A DNA stretch of 62,986 nucleotides, filler included, from Octopus bimaculoides (lineage: Eukaryota), in assembly GCF_001194135.2 (NCBI RefSeq). It is 4 parts of 4 records of this genome, joined end to end, with 100 filler letters (N's around TTAATTAATTAA, not from the genome) between each part and the next. Parts side by side here need not be neighbours in the genome. Positions count along the whole stretch, not along the records: positions 25,908 to 55,587 come from NC_068984.1; positions 55,688 to 62,986 come from NC_068997.1; 2 more parts are not named here. One strand, 5' to 3'. Positions 47,961 to 61,129 of the stretch are shown here, one piece after another. A program made the position numbers and the translations under genes. The first letter of the stretch is position 1. Each line of letters begins with the position of its first letter. The notes below the pieces were generated by a model. It saw only the letters and a program-made list of their open reading frames with translations. It had not been told where the DNA came from and did no database searches.

Positions 47961-49989
47961 AATAATTTTGAGGTGATATTTGAAGCATTGTGACAAGCAA
48001 AATTCGAACGAATTTGGAAGCCAAACAATGTGTTTAACAAAAGCATAATTTATTGTTCTTTTTCTTTTCTTCTTAAATTGTTCTTTTTTTTAATTTTTAT
48101 CAAAACCTCCATTTCAAAGGGAGTGTTAGTAGTACATATTGGAATGGAAATGAAAACAATGGACAAAGTAACACAGACAGACAAGCAGGCATCCATCTCG
48201 ACTGATTCATCGAAGTCCGGAAGCCAGTTGAAACGGAGTTCAAATGTAATGGCAGCAATAGTAGCCTTCAAAAATTCTCCGTCAACCAGACAAATAAATC
48301 AACGGCAGATTTCACTTGGTTTGTCTTGTTGTCATTGTCGAAAATGAAAAGATAGCGATAAATGAGTAAGCACAATATTACAAACAGATAACACAGCGCA
48401 GCAGGCAACCCAACAAATAATACAAGATGCAACACAAGCTATAAAAATACAACGCAATGAACATCAGCAACAAAAAATATTCTTATCCGACCAACCAGTC
48501 AGCCTGTGATTAATTCTTATGAGGTCATATTGAGGAACCATGGAGCTGTTGCTAGGTAATGAGATGCGGGTTCACTAATGTTAACATGCTTTGTAAAGGT
48601 GGTCAAGTTGTTTGTGAACGTTCATGCTTTTAAAGTTTCATGTTTAAATGTAAATTAATGTTAAAATATATGATTTCTTTGCGATATAAACGTTGTAGCG
48701 ACCTTTTTTTTTTTTTTTTTTACTTCAGGCACTTTAATTCTTCCCTGTCATGTGTATTACTTTTGACCGGTCAGAGATTAGTAATCGGTGAAACTAACTG
48801 CTCTGTAAAGGGACAGAAAAAACAATTCTCTTCCCCTTTCTCACATAGCTCCATTCGCTCGACATGCAAATATCCTCCTCTGACTTTTTATTCTGGCAGC
48901 AATCATGTACAGGTACCAAATATTTCTTTACTTGCATTTCACTTTCCCGTGATAGCAGTTAACTTCTACAACGGCATAGACTCAACAGAGCTTCCGCCAG
49001 AAAATATGTGTACATTTAGCTGTCTTTCTTTATATGAAAACCATTTAACTTTGGTCAATTCCATAGACACGAACACATGAAAATATCTATCTATGCATAA
49101 TGTCCATAACATTTCTACAACGTAAAATATGTAACTTTCTTATCGGTGTACATTTTCATAAACACATTTATGCAAACTATTGCAAATGAATACCTAGAAT
49201 TTTCCATGTTCTACTTCTATATTGAAGTTGAATATTCATACCATGTGTCGTAGAATTCCTATTGTCTTATTATAACAACAAGAGAAAATGATACACAACT
49301 AAATTTTGTTTTTACATTTATGAAAGTGACCAAGGCGAGGAGCTGGTAGAATCGCTAGCGCATCGGACGGCACTTTTAAAGAAGTACCACTTTTGAAGGC
49401 AAAATGTATTTTTTGTGGAGACCGGGGGCAGCAAACGGAAGGGTCGCCCTGGGTGGTACACACTCTAGCTAAACTAGTGGGTCGATGTACTCGACAAACC
49501 ACTACTTTCAAAATTTCAGGTCTCGTGTCTACAGTAGAAAGAATATTTATTAACCTTCTAAATTTCATATAACCTGTATTAATTTCCGACAGAGATGTTT
49601 TGGAAGGCGTTGATTGAAATTTGTAAGATATTTGTAGTAAAATATCAATTATACGACGTGAAAAATAGTTGTGATTTTAAAGAATGAAAAACGATTGTAA
49701 TTATAAAATTTCATTATTCAACTCAATTTACCATCTCACCAGTCAGTATTAGCTGAAATTCTTTGTTGTTGAATTTTCATTTCAGGAAGCCAATTCCGCT
49801 GCAACTGTAACTGAATTTATTTGTCCGTCTGCTATTTGTGATACAAAAGTATAACAAGGGTATTTAATCTTTGTTGCGTCATTCTTGACAGAAGACAATG
49901 TTTTCTGTCGTTTTGCCAGAGAAAAATGTTCGTTCACCTGTATCAAATATTACAGGAATACTTAGTAAAAGTTGACAAGTGTACAAGTT

Positions 49990-51480
49990 TCTGATAGTAT
50001 GTGCTTTCTATCAGGTTAAAAATAATTTTTTTTTTTAGATGATATACAATATCAACCAAACAACAAAGGTCTCTCTCGGAGAAACTTCAAATAATGGATG
50101 TTGAGCTAACGAAAATTGTCAATGTCATCAGTGTTTCTTCCCATAATAAAAGTGAAGGAAAGATGACTCCGATGTTCTGAGGTGACTCAACAAAACTGGT
50201 AGACACATACATGAGCCACAATATATAAAATAACCACACTTCCATAATGGTTGCTTTGGTTATGAAAGATTTACTTTGATGTAGACACAAACTTCGTTTT
50301 AAGTATCTCTGATAAACATACTGATGTATCCAACAATGGACAACTTATTTTATATGTTCGTTGCAGTGACAAAAGCCTGGTGGCCAATGTTTGTGTTAGA
50401 CATAATTTTCAGTATAATTTTCCGTCATTATAGACGTGTTCATTATACTGAAACTACATTGATGCAATTGAAGAGGAGTATGCTTTGAGAAAGACAACTT
50501 GCGTTTAGAATGGCCAAGCGATTGAAAAAACTTCAACTGTATTTAAAATTCTCCAAGTTTGAGAGCGAAGGAAATTACAATACGCTGCATCACATTATCT
50601 TACGGGATAAGCTACAGTAAAGAGATTGTAATTTTAATCAAGTATTCACCAAAGAGGGAAAATTTACTTCAGATGAAAAAAATATGGAAGAGTATGAAAT
50701 TATATTGACAACTGATGGTATATTCATTCCCAATGCATCAAGACGGGCACAATGTGTTGCTTGTTTTTAACGAATTATCTTTCGTTTTTTCTTTTTCTTT
50801 TTTCTTTTACTTGTTTCAATCATTAGACTGCAGCCTCGTGTTTTGGCAAGAATGTGTGTAGTCACAACTGGATGTTGTTCGGCGTCGTATAATTGGATGC
50901 CAAGAATAGATGGAAATGCTTAATTTTTTCTTTGAACTAAATCTCAGTTCTTCTACTTGCATACAGACAATTTATCAAAGTCGCTGCAAGCAGCTACTGG
51001 TATAATGTCATCAACGGAGAGACAGAGGATGGAAATTTACTAAACCAGTTTCGAAAGAGATGAGGAATGGCGATTAATTTGACAATCTCAGCGATGATAT
51101 AGTGTAGAAAGTAAGGACACGCCATTTTGTCTCAGAAGTTGCATTATCATGAAAACTAAAGTACCCTAGAACAATTGAAATGGGGATTGAAGAAGGCACA
51201 TTTCTATTGAGAGCACGAGAACTCTACAGAAGTATTTTATTGGTTAACACTTTGATCAGGAGAATTACAAGGTACATAAAAAGCTGGAGACATCGCTATT
51301 AAAGGTTATCATCAAAGTGAAAACCTTGTCAGAAATCGCTTTCATTATAGAAAGGAACACAGATGACTTACGTTGGAGTAACCGCTGAAACAAAACGATT
51401 CTGTTTGTTTTGCGATTATGTCATTAGATACGAAACTAGTGAATCGACACAACTTAAATAGCACTGTGTAACACGATCTT
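49990..51480 (+). mobile_element. hAT-type transposase remnant
   Basis: SISDKHTDVSNNGQLILYVRC resembles the hAT DESTD...QL..YVR motif; later LTTDG and LSKSLQ segments; many stops. Confidence 0.5.
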
Positions 51481-52764
51481 TGTCCTTGGTAGCAGCTGTT
51501 CTTTCTTATTTGCTTACCCATAGAAAGTATGAAAAATGGTTAATTTTTCCTTCAAACTTTGCTTTTGCTACATTCATTCAAAGCCTAAAGAACCATTCTC
51601 AACACATGGCTATGATACTCTTTCACTACTTCTGCTCATGATCAGAGATGCACATATTATCAGTCACTGAGGGACATGCTCAAGTGGTTAAGGTCAAGCA
51701 ACTGACAAGCAAATTTGTGGTATTGAGTAGAATATTTGCAATAACGATGTTTCTGAAATAGAAGTAAACTGAACTGTTGGGCTTACGATCCCCGTACTAA
51801 TACTGCCATCTATGTTGCCGGAACGTTCTAGAGATACTTGAGAATTTTAGAAACTTCTCGAAAGTTCTTGAAACTTCTAGAGATTTCTGCTTCAGCAACT
51901 CAGTGCCGAATCTGTCCGGAATGTAATGGTAAATAGATCAATTTAAAAACATTGATGTCCAAGTTATAAATGTAAAGTTTGAAGTGTATAGTAATTTCCT
52001 TTGATTTCTAGATGAAAGCAAAGAGGAAATAACACTTACTGACAAAAAAAAAATGTTACAGTGTAATTTGTGCCCAAATTTGTAAACACAAAAAGCTATA
52101 TATATTTCAGCCAAATCACCCAACTTTCTACTCCGAGCTGAATAGTTATAGGTTTTATCTGTTACCACACAGTGGCGTACAGACGGTAGTGTGTGATTTT
52201 CTACTTATTTATCCTACTTACTTGACTCATACATATTAAAACAGTAACAATTCCAAAAATATTTGTTCCACTTCCGTTTCACTTAATTACATATCAAAAA
52301 CCAAAGCACTGTTCCAGTAAAGTTACTGTAAAAATTATACAAATTACTCCAAGTTACTCTTCAAATTGATAATTTTTTAAAATTCTGACCGCAACCTGTA
52401 TATTTTTGCACATGAAATATTATACTATTTTATCAATTCACCGCTTGAGTTAATTTAAATCCTGAAAATAATGTTTTGGCATCAAGAAATAATTCAATTC
52501 TGAAAGGGTTAATTAATAAAATAAAATAGCAATTTCTAAAAAGTAATATTTCACAAAACCAACTAATTATCTGCTTACTTTCCACTAACATTCATAATAC
52601 ACACAAATCGAATGTGAACCAATAGAATATTAGTATTCTTTCTTTTTTCTTCGTCATTCTCGCACCGTAGATAAATATGGATAGATGCCACTATAATATA
52701 TTTAGACATGTAATTCACTTACCTCTAGGTTTATCATTATTGTCCAGTTATTGTTCCGTATTTT

Positions 52765-53080
52765 GAAGGCGTGTTGTGGCTTAAAGGTTATATTATTCTT
52801 CCCACGATCGTAAGGTCGTGAGCTTGATTCGCGGCGACGCGTTGCGTCCTTGAGCAAGATATTTCATTTCACCTTTTTCCCAGTCCATTCAGCTGAAAAA
52901 ATGAGTAATACCCGTATTTCAAAGGGCCAGCCTTGTCACATTCTGTGCCACGCTGAATCTCCCTGAGAACTACATTAAGGATACACGTGTCTGTGGAGTG
53001 CTCAGCCACTTGCACGTTTATTTCACGAGCAGGTTGATCGGATCAACTGGAACCCTTATCGTCATAACCGACAGTGCCAA
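52765..53080 (+). mobile_element. tRNA-derived SINE family B (CORE-like centre), near full length
   Basis: tRNA-like head, ccttgagcaaga centre, body gccttgtcaca...cacgtgtctgtggagtgctcagccacttgcacg; 3' halves also at 2877-3142 and 9634-9878. Confidence 0.75.
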
Positions 53081-53654
53081 TGTTCTGTATTCCATATAGC
53101 AAGCTAAACATTATAATCTAACACAACATCTGTACGCTGTACGGAAGAATATTCCCATCTTTATGGCTGAGGGACGGAGCTTTCAAACACGACCACAATT
53201 TCACAACCACACTTCTTGTCCAGTTCCTTGCATCTTCATATTCTCTTCGGATGAATAAGGTCGAGTCCACCAATTTTCTCCAGAACTGATTTAATATAGG
53301 GGTCAATGCACTTATATTAAACACTCACAGACTGTGTAAGTTTATGCTGGGAATTGTCCATTTTTTAGTCTGGCTTTCTTTCAAGGCTGTTAAGGCCACA
53401 CTGCTCATTCAATTAAACTGCTGGTATAACTTTAGAAGTGATGTCTCCTAGAAATGTTATTTAACAAAAGCTAAGGAGTGCCTCACTCCCAGTGGTTTTA
53501 TAACGCGTCGGACACTGGTTCAGAATTTCTAAATTCCTGCGCTTTTGTGAGATAGTTGTTCATCCGTCTTTTGGCCACTACCGTTCTTGTCAGCTAGGTT
53601 TCCAGGACATTACCTGCAAAATTGTAAAGGACGAATTGTGAATGCAAATATTAT

Positions 53655-54045
53655 GTACACCTTTCGGGTTGAGAATCACAGCACAGTCCTTTCAACACTT
53701 GATGGACACTGTGTGCCAGAGTGTAGACTTTGTTTTTAAATGCCTGGATGACATCCCCATTGCAAGTTAACATGCGGAACTCCACAAGAAATACCTGTCG
53801 ACTCTCTTTGATGGACTTGAACAATATGGTTTTGAAGTCAACCCTCCAAAGTGTATCTTTGGTGTAAAAGATTTATTTCCTTGGACATCAAATCACAGGT
53901 TATTACACCCCTACAAGGTAATGTGAAAGCGATCTTATCCTTTTCATGCTTCACCACAAGCGAGGCTCTGCAACAATTTGTGGAGATAGTAAACTTTTAT
54001 CATCGTTTCGTCCCATCTGCGGCCACTCTTATATGTACTTAACGC
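53655..54045 (+). mobile_element. Ty3/gypsy RT fragment
   Basis: PFGLRITAQSFQHLMDTV...CLDDIPIAS...VNPPKCIFGV..FLGH...IVNFYHRFVP. Confidence 0.8.
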
Positions 54046-54944
54046 ATACATCCATGGCTATACACACATACGCTTTGTTCTCATGACGGCCTGTCTATTA
54101 TTCTGTATACATGACGCACACACAGACACACATGTTAACATACCAATAAATCTTCTCTTAAACATTCTACTCGTTGTGTCTCTCTCTTTTCCCTATGGCA
54201 CATATATGTATTATTCTTTTTATATTTATTGCGTCGACCGTGTGATGTACTAAAGAGCCATTCTCGTTACATCGCATGATTATTACACACCAAATTCACA
54301 CCGTGGAAGATAAATCACATCGCACTCTGACGATGAACAATCGCCGAAGAACCAATTAACTACATGCATAGGATGAGTGGTGAAAATATATCATCGGTTC
54401 CAATAACAATCAACAGTTCTGGTGGCGAAGCTATGTGGACTTTTACCTACAAAATTGTAAAGGAGGAACGGATTTTTTCTGTTGGGCTTTCACTTTTCCA
54501 TTCTTTTAATTTTGTTCCAATTGATTTCAAATTTGGTGCATTGATGTAGTTTTGTATGCTAACAAAAGAAATGAAATTCATTTTTGCCATAAATTAATAC
54601 GTAAAAAGTTAATGGCTTTTAAAGTTTGCAAATTTGGGGTAATTTTAGCCAATCGTATACCACAGGCACATTGGTGCCTGTTTCCATAGTAACAGGCCTA
54701 GCTGTTGTCTGCTTAATAATATTACAGCAACTATGTACCTATATTCTGAACTCTCGTTTTTGAATTTACGCTACAGAAAATTATTAATTGTTTTTTGTTT
54801 TTTTTCTCAAGTTTGGTATATTGATGTAATTATTCACACTGGATCTGATTTTGTTATTCACCTCTTCCGGAAAAAAATTTAGAAAAAAGGCTCACTAAAA
54901 ATAGGTTACTAATTGATTAACCCCAGGTCATCCACTGGTCGGAC

Positions 54945-55560
54945 TGACCTTAAACGCTAACACTAAACCCTAATTCTAACGCTAAACCTAAACCCTAACT
55001 CTAATCCTAAATCCCAGCCCTAAACCACAACTCTAAGCCTAGAGTATCTCAAAATTTCGCTTTTGAGTTTTCGCTATTAATTGTTTACATGAACTGAACA
55101 ACAGTAGTATAACTGTATTTGTATTGTTTGTATTGTTCTTTTGTTTCTGTAATCTAACATACGGTTTGTAATTTCCTAATCTTTCGAAAACAAAATTTAT
55201 TGAGGATTTCTCCTTTTGCCAGTTTCAACGTTTTGCATGACTTTATTCGGATCTTGTTCAAAACGGGGGCACCAGTTTTCATTTATGCTTTATGTAGTGT
55301 TTTTGGTACCGAAAGACTTTCAAACTTCGTATACTTATCTATTTTGTGTTATAGAACAGAAAAAAATTTTTGTATTCGAATTTATTTCATGTAAAAAATT
55401 GTCTTATTTCGATAATTTCTACTAATCACTGACGTCTATTCAGTTGAAAACAGTTAGCGCTGTAACGGTGTATATCGTATTAATCCCCTAACCCTAACTA
55501 GACTGTTAACCCTAACCCTAACTCTAGAATCCGAACTCTAAAATTGTTACACACATAGAT
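54945..55560. repeat. Dispersed repeat family with degenerate CCCTAA arrays
   Basis: Degenerate telomere-like hexamers at 54950-55040 and 55485-55540; 55290-55460 is similar to 46340-46510. Confidence 0.7.
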
Positions 55561-55587
55561 ACGCACAGCGTAATTTATTATATAAAC

Positions 55588-55687
55588 NNNNNNNNNNNNN
55601 NNNNNNNNNNNNNNNNNNNNNNNNNNNNNNNTTAATTAATTAANNNNNNNNNNNNNNNNNNNNNNNNNNNNNNNNNNNNNNNNNNNN
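55588..55687. other. Artificial join spacer (44N-TTAATTAATTAA-44N)
   Basis: Identical to the spacer at 19020. Confidence 0.9.
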
Positions 55688-56059
55688 ATACGCATATCTA
55701 AAATATAAATACCATTCCGTCTGTCTGTTTGTGCGCTTATAACTCGAGTATTGTTCATCTGATCACGCTGAAATTTTAAACATGGATACATGAAAGAGCG
55801 GGGCGTTCTTTAATCTAAAATATTTTTTAAATTGTCAGTTTCAAAGTGAGAATCACTAATTTTGTAATTCCACTATCATTACTATCTACAAAAGGAAGGT
55901 GGCAAATCAGGATGTGGTAACAGCTGAAGTATTTCTCTCCTGGATGTAGCTGGCAAAAAATTTTAGTCGGGGTTATGTTACGCCGTCTGCAAACATACCT
56001 GACAGAAAAAAATTCTCCCGGAAACTCAGTGTGACTTTCGCTGTGACAGAGGTACATTT

Positions 56060-56965
56060 GACATGATTTTCGTAACTCGCCTCCTCCAAGAAAAAGGCAG
56101 AGAACAGCAACGTAAGATCTCTTACGCCTTCCTAGACCTTACAAAGGTATTCGACACTGTAAATAAAAACATGCTATGAACACTACTAAAAGAGTTTCGA
56201 CGTTCTCCGACCTTCGTCGCAATATTGGAATGTTTCCACGAAGGTATGCAAGCAAAAGTTACCGCCGGAGGAAATACATCTGACGTATTTGACGTACAAG
56301 TTGGGGTAAACCAGGGATGTGTCCTGATACTTATCCTCTCCAATATCTGCATGGTCGTTGTGACCCTCTTATCCAAAATCAATATAGCTCCTGAAGATGG
56401 CATAAATATCCGGTACCGTTTCGACGGTTCTCTCTTCAGTAGAAGACAGCTGAGATCAGTTTCTGAGCCGTCATGAGTCCCTACTTTTGAAATTCATTAC
56501 TCTGATGATCTGCCTCCTACGGCTCATCACCTATCTCACTTGTCTCTCCACAATACTTACATACAACTGGCACTTACTTTCAACTCTAAAAAAGCCGAGG
56601 TCCTGCAAACACCAGTTACAGATAATGAGCTTCCTCAGCAACTGCATATAAACAATACACCTCAGAAAAATACACCATCCTTCTGCTATCTTAGAAACAT
56701 ATTCACGGATTCAGCACTTATTGATGAAGACATTAACAACCACATTAACTGGTGACTACTTCGTTTGGAAATCTCATATCTAAGATATTCGCCAACTCAT
56801 GTCTTCGTCTTCAAACCAAAATCGTAGTGCTTCGAGCTGCTGTGATCTCTACACTGTTGTATGACAGTGATTGCTGGACACTTTACAAATGACATATTAA
56901 ATAACTTGAAGCTTTTCATGTTCGGTATCTTCAAAACGTTTTTGGTATCTCTTGAGAACAAGCAG
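56060..56965 (+). mobile_element. RTE-clade LINE RT fragment
   Basis: AFLDLTKVFDTVN...FHEGMQAKV...GVNQGCVL...IRYRFDGSLFS...YSDD...NSKKAEV. Confidence 0.85.
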
Positions 56966-57329
56966 TAGATAGACAGATAGAAAGATAGGTAGATAGATAG
57001 GTAGAGGGAGGGAGAGAGTCAGATAGACAGACAGAAGAGAAATATATTGTGCAGCGTATGAAATTACTATTTCAATGCATAAAAGCGGTGAAGTTGCATG
57101 TTTGTTCTTGGCTTATTAATTTTTTGTTAAAATTTGTCGGAACGCATTCTCAATGGGAAAATTAATATTGCGTCACGGGATTTCACGTTACATCGAGAAT
57201 AACTGATCAACAAAATAGATAAAGATACCTCTAAAGTTCTGCACTATGATAGAAAATGTTGATTATGCCATACCAATGAGGATGATAACACCGACATCAT
57301 CAGCAACTGTCCAAAAATGCCCATATGAC

Positions 57330-59100
57330 TAATGCCTACCCATGAGATTATTGCTAAAATTGTCTACAATTCTATCTGAAGTGGAACGTGCTCTGGCAGG
57401 TAGTTGTAGATCATAGATGCGAACCATAAACCACTTCTGCCTGACGTTTCCTGAATAACTTGCACTCGGCTCATTTCTGAGTGAAATTGATCGTTTTGCA
57501 CACTCGATCTCTTCCCTCTTCTTATCTACTTGAAAAATTCTAAACGAGACTCTGAACAACTTCGGTACAGATATTGAAATGGCTGTTGGCCAGCATGGAC
57601 TTGCTTCTCCAGGTGCTAAGTTGCAAGCTCATCGATTTGCCCCATTTAATATGTATTCACTTACATTCCTGAAATTCCTCCAGTTTGCTGTCGACCTTCT
57701 CTATCTCTGAAGTGACTGACAACATTACAGTGACCTCAACCACCAATTCACATACACTGTATATAGTAACACTCCAGATTCTTTAGACGAGACTGAAACG
57801 GAGTGATCTTTGAACAACAGCCAGGTTGCGATGGTCGTTCTTGTAAAAAGCTTTGGGCTGGTCCAAAATGATCTATACCCCGCCAAAGCGAGATCTATTT
57901 TCAACCAGTACTACGATATATGGCATGAAGCAGAGGTTGTCGCAAATCACACAGCTTATATCTATGCTACTGACTACAAGTGTCGGCCTCTTGGCGAGCA
58001 CTTTTGTCAATATCTTTAACTCTGTGTTGAGCAGAGTTAAGCTCAATCGAATGGAAAGTTTCCAAATCTACAGCTGTACATTGTTATCAAAATAGCAGTG
58101 AACAAGAATGGTATGTTAAAAAAAGCCCGTCAAACAGAGTATAAAGTTTCATCGATTTACACATTGCACAGCGTCTCAGCATGTCCCTCATTTCGTCTAC
58201 TGAAACCTGTTTCTGCAGTACTATGCCTCCCTGCTCGCGAGTAGTGACCAGTTGTGGTGGTGCGAATCAAAGTTCATCATCTGTTTGCCACTCACGGAGA
58301 ACAGTTCTGCCAAGTGCTGCTGGAAAGACACCCACATATGTTTGGAATAGGAAAGCACATACCTGTGTCATAGACCGACTTATGGCTTTGTTGCCACACC
58401 AGTTCCTCCACCACTTGAACGATTGTCCAGCTCCGTTATTTCAGTGTGTATGCCAAATCACACGCAACATATCCGTCTTGTTTTCCACTTCTAAGCGGCT
58501 AACTGGTTATTTCTTTAATCTTATTTCTTTATTGCCCACAAGGGGCTAAATATAGAGGGGACAAACAAGGACAGACAAAGGGATTAAGTTGATTACATCG
58601 ACCCCAGTGCGTAATTGGTACTTAATTTATTGACCCCGAAAGGATGAAAGGCAAAGTCGACCTTGGCGGAATTTGAACTCAGAACGTAACGGCAGACAAA
58701 ATACCGCTAAGCATTTTCTTTAATCTGTCATTCTCTATAGTTATCTGTTTCGTAAATCTAGCCGAAACTATATTTTTTTCTCTTCAGCATGGCACATCAC
58801 CTGTTGTTGATAACAACAGCTTCTATTAACTAGTTTCCTGTCTATTGCTATGTTCTAAGTCAACTTTGCAGATCTTGATTTATGGTTCGTGTAAAGAAAC
58901 TGTTTGAAACTTTGGACAACTCTTATGTTAACTGCTAGCCTGGCGAAAATTCTGTCTAAATACGAACTGGATGATCTATTATAATTTATCCATTTCCACC
59001 GTGGTACACTCAAGAAATCAAAGCGAAACTGTTCAGACAAGTACCTAAGTAGGTTTGCAAGAATTTTTTCTCCAACAAAATAATCCCACACAATCCTTGT
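57330..59100 (-). mobile_element. L1/Tx1-like LINE remnant (APE endonuclease end + RT N-terminus), interrupted by a SINE
   Basis: SYLDRIF...YTNHK (APE C-terminus, 58855-59091); LTLLNTELKILTKVLAKR and LDQPKAF (RT domains) near 57840-58050. Confidence 0.7.
58523..58717 (-). mobile_element. SINE family A, 5'-truncated, inserted in the L1/Tx1-like remnant
   Basis: Reverse complement of the 8700-8871 body. Confidence 0.85.
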
Positions 59101-59350
59101 ATGTGCTCAAGCGTCATTTCACTGCTTCTCCTGTCCAGAACCATAGATTAACCATCCGATTCTAGGACTGTATACCCTTTATTTTAAACAGTATCGCTAC
59201 GCCACTAGAACCGGACCGACAGAAAGAAATCTGTTCTCAGAGACGCCCAGAAGGAAGGTGAACCATGTCGTTTCAGGAATCTTGATCTATTTAGTAACCA
59301 GACATTATGACCCGTGGTTGTTAAACAGGATTTTCTACTTTTTCGCCGAC

Positions 59351-61077
59351 CTTTGTTAATGTCTAAATAACTCACGTTAATTTTGACATTAACAAATTTA
59401 TTAGAATATTTAGCTGAAGATCAGAATAGAGTATTATTTACTCTTAACTGTGAAACAATTGTACTAAATTAACTAAAGGCAAGTGTTTTTTTACTCTTCT
59501 CTACTGTTTTTTGTTCTGTGTGTATCAAAAATATCGCTATCAATCTAGAGTAATAATTTGTAGTTTTGAAATCAGTAGTTCTTTGACTGCTATTTCTGAA
59601 TTCTCAGTATGTTGGAGAAGCAGGTTACTGTCAATCCCTATATATTTATGATTATAAATGTTTTTTACCGAAGAAGGTTTTTTCATACTGAGCTACCCGG
59701 CAAAATTGTTAATTATTAATTTTATTACTAATTGACGATTCCCTGCCCTGCATATCTATGTATATATGNNNNNNNNNNNNNNNNNNNNNNNNNNNNNNNN
59801 NNNNNNNNNNNNNNNNNNNNNNNNNNNNNNNNNNNNNNNNNNNNNNNNNNNNNNNNNNNNNNNNNNNNNNNNNNNNNNNNNNNNNNNNNNNNNNNNNNNN
59901 NNNNNNNNNNNNNNNNNNNNNNNNNNNNNNNNNNNNNNNNNNNNNNNNNNNNNNNNNNNNNNNNNNNNNNNNNNNNNNNNNNNNNNNNNNNNNNNNNNNN
60001 NNNNNNNNNNNNNNNNNNNNNNNNNNNNNNNNNNNNNNNNNNNNNNNNNNNNNNNNNNNNNNNNNNNNNNNNNNNNNNNNNNNNNNNNNNNNNNNNNNNN
60101 NNNNNNNNNNNNNNNNNNNNNNNNNNNNNNNNNNNNNNNNNNNNNNNNNNNNNNNNNNNNNNNNNNNNNNNNNNNNNNNNNNNNNNNNNNNNNNNNNNNN
60201 NNNNNNNNNNNNNNNNNNNNNNNNNNNNNNNNNNNNNNNNNNNNNNNNNNNNNNNNNNNNNNNNNNNNNNNNNNNNNNNNNNNNNNNNNNNNNNNNNNNN
60301 NNNNNNNNNNNNNNNNNNNNNNNNNNNNNNNNNNNNNNNNNNNNNNNNNNNNNNNNNNNNNNNNNNNNNNNNNNNNNNNNNNNNNNNNNNNNNNNNNNNN
60401 NNNNNNNNNNNNNNNNNNNNNNNNNNNNNNNNNNNNNNNNNNNNNNNNNNNNNNNNNNNNNNNNNNNNNNNNNNNNNNNNNNNNNNNNNNNNNNNNNNNN
60501 NNNNNNNNNNNNNNNNNNNNNNNNNNNNNNNNNNNNNNNNNNNNNNNNNNNNNNNNNNNNNNNNNNNNNNNNNNNNNNNNNNNNNNNNNNNNNNNNNNNN
60601 NNNNNNNNNNNNNNNNNNNNNNNNNNNNNNNNNNNNNNNNNNNNNNNNNNNNNNNNNNNCTTTGTTAATGTCTAAATAACTCACGTTAATTTTGACATTA
60701 ACAAATTTATTAGAATATTTAGCTGAAGATCAGAATAGAGTATTATTTACTCTTAACTGTGAAACAATTGTACTAAATTAACTAAAGGCAAGTGTTTTTT
60801 TACTCTTCTCTACTGTTTTTTGTTCTGTGTGTATCAAAAATATCGCTATCAATCTAGAGTAATAATTTGTAGTTTTGAAATCAGTAGTTCTTTGACTGCT
60901 ATTTCTGAATTCTCAGTATGTTGGAGAAGCAGGTTACTGTCAATCCCTATATATTTATGATTATAAATGTTTTTTACCGAAGAAGGTTTTTTCATACTGA
61001 GCTACCCGGCAAAATTGTTAATTATTAATTTTATTACTAATTGACGATTCCCTGCCCTGCATATCTATGTATATATG
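59351..61077. other. Exact 418-bp direct duplication flanking an N-gap (likely assembly overlap)
   Basis: 59351-59768 equals 60660-61077, with N's between. Confidence 0.8.
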
Positions 61078-61129
61078 TATGTATATATATATATATATAT
61101 AACGTATTCTTCCGTGATGTTTATATGAA

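Noticed and set aside
54320-54360. CTGACGA...GAAG hammerhead-like motif
   Set aside because: No GAAA core and no stem I or stem III pairing.
56405-56445. Hammerhead-like CTGAAGA...GAAA on the minus strand
   Set aside because: The required U16.1 is G, stem I is absent, and the bases encode the conserved RTE RT peptide IRYRFDGSLFS on the plus strand.
2034-60684. Long ORFs full of X, and YI/CV/HT-repeat ORFs
   Set aside because: Artefacts of N-gaps and dinucleotide microsatellites.
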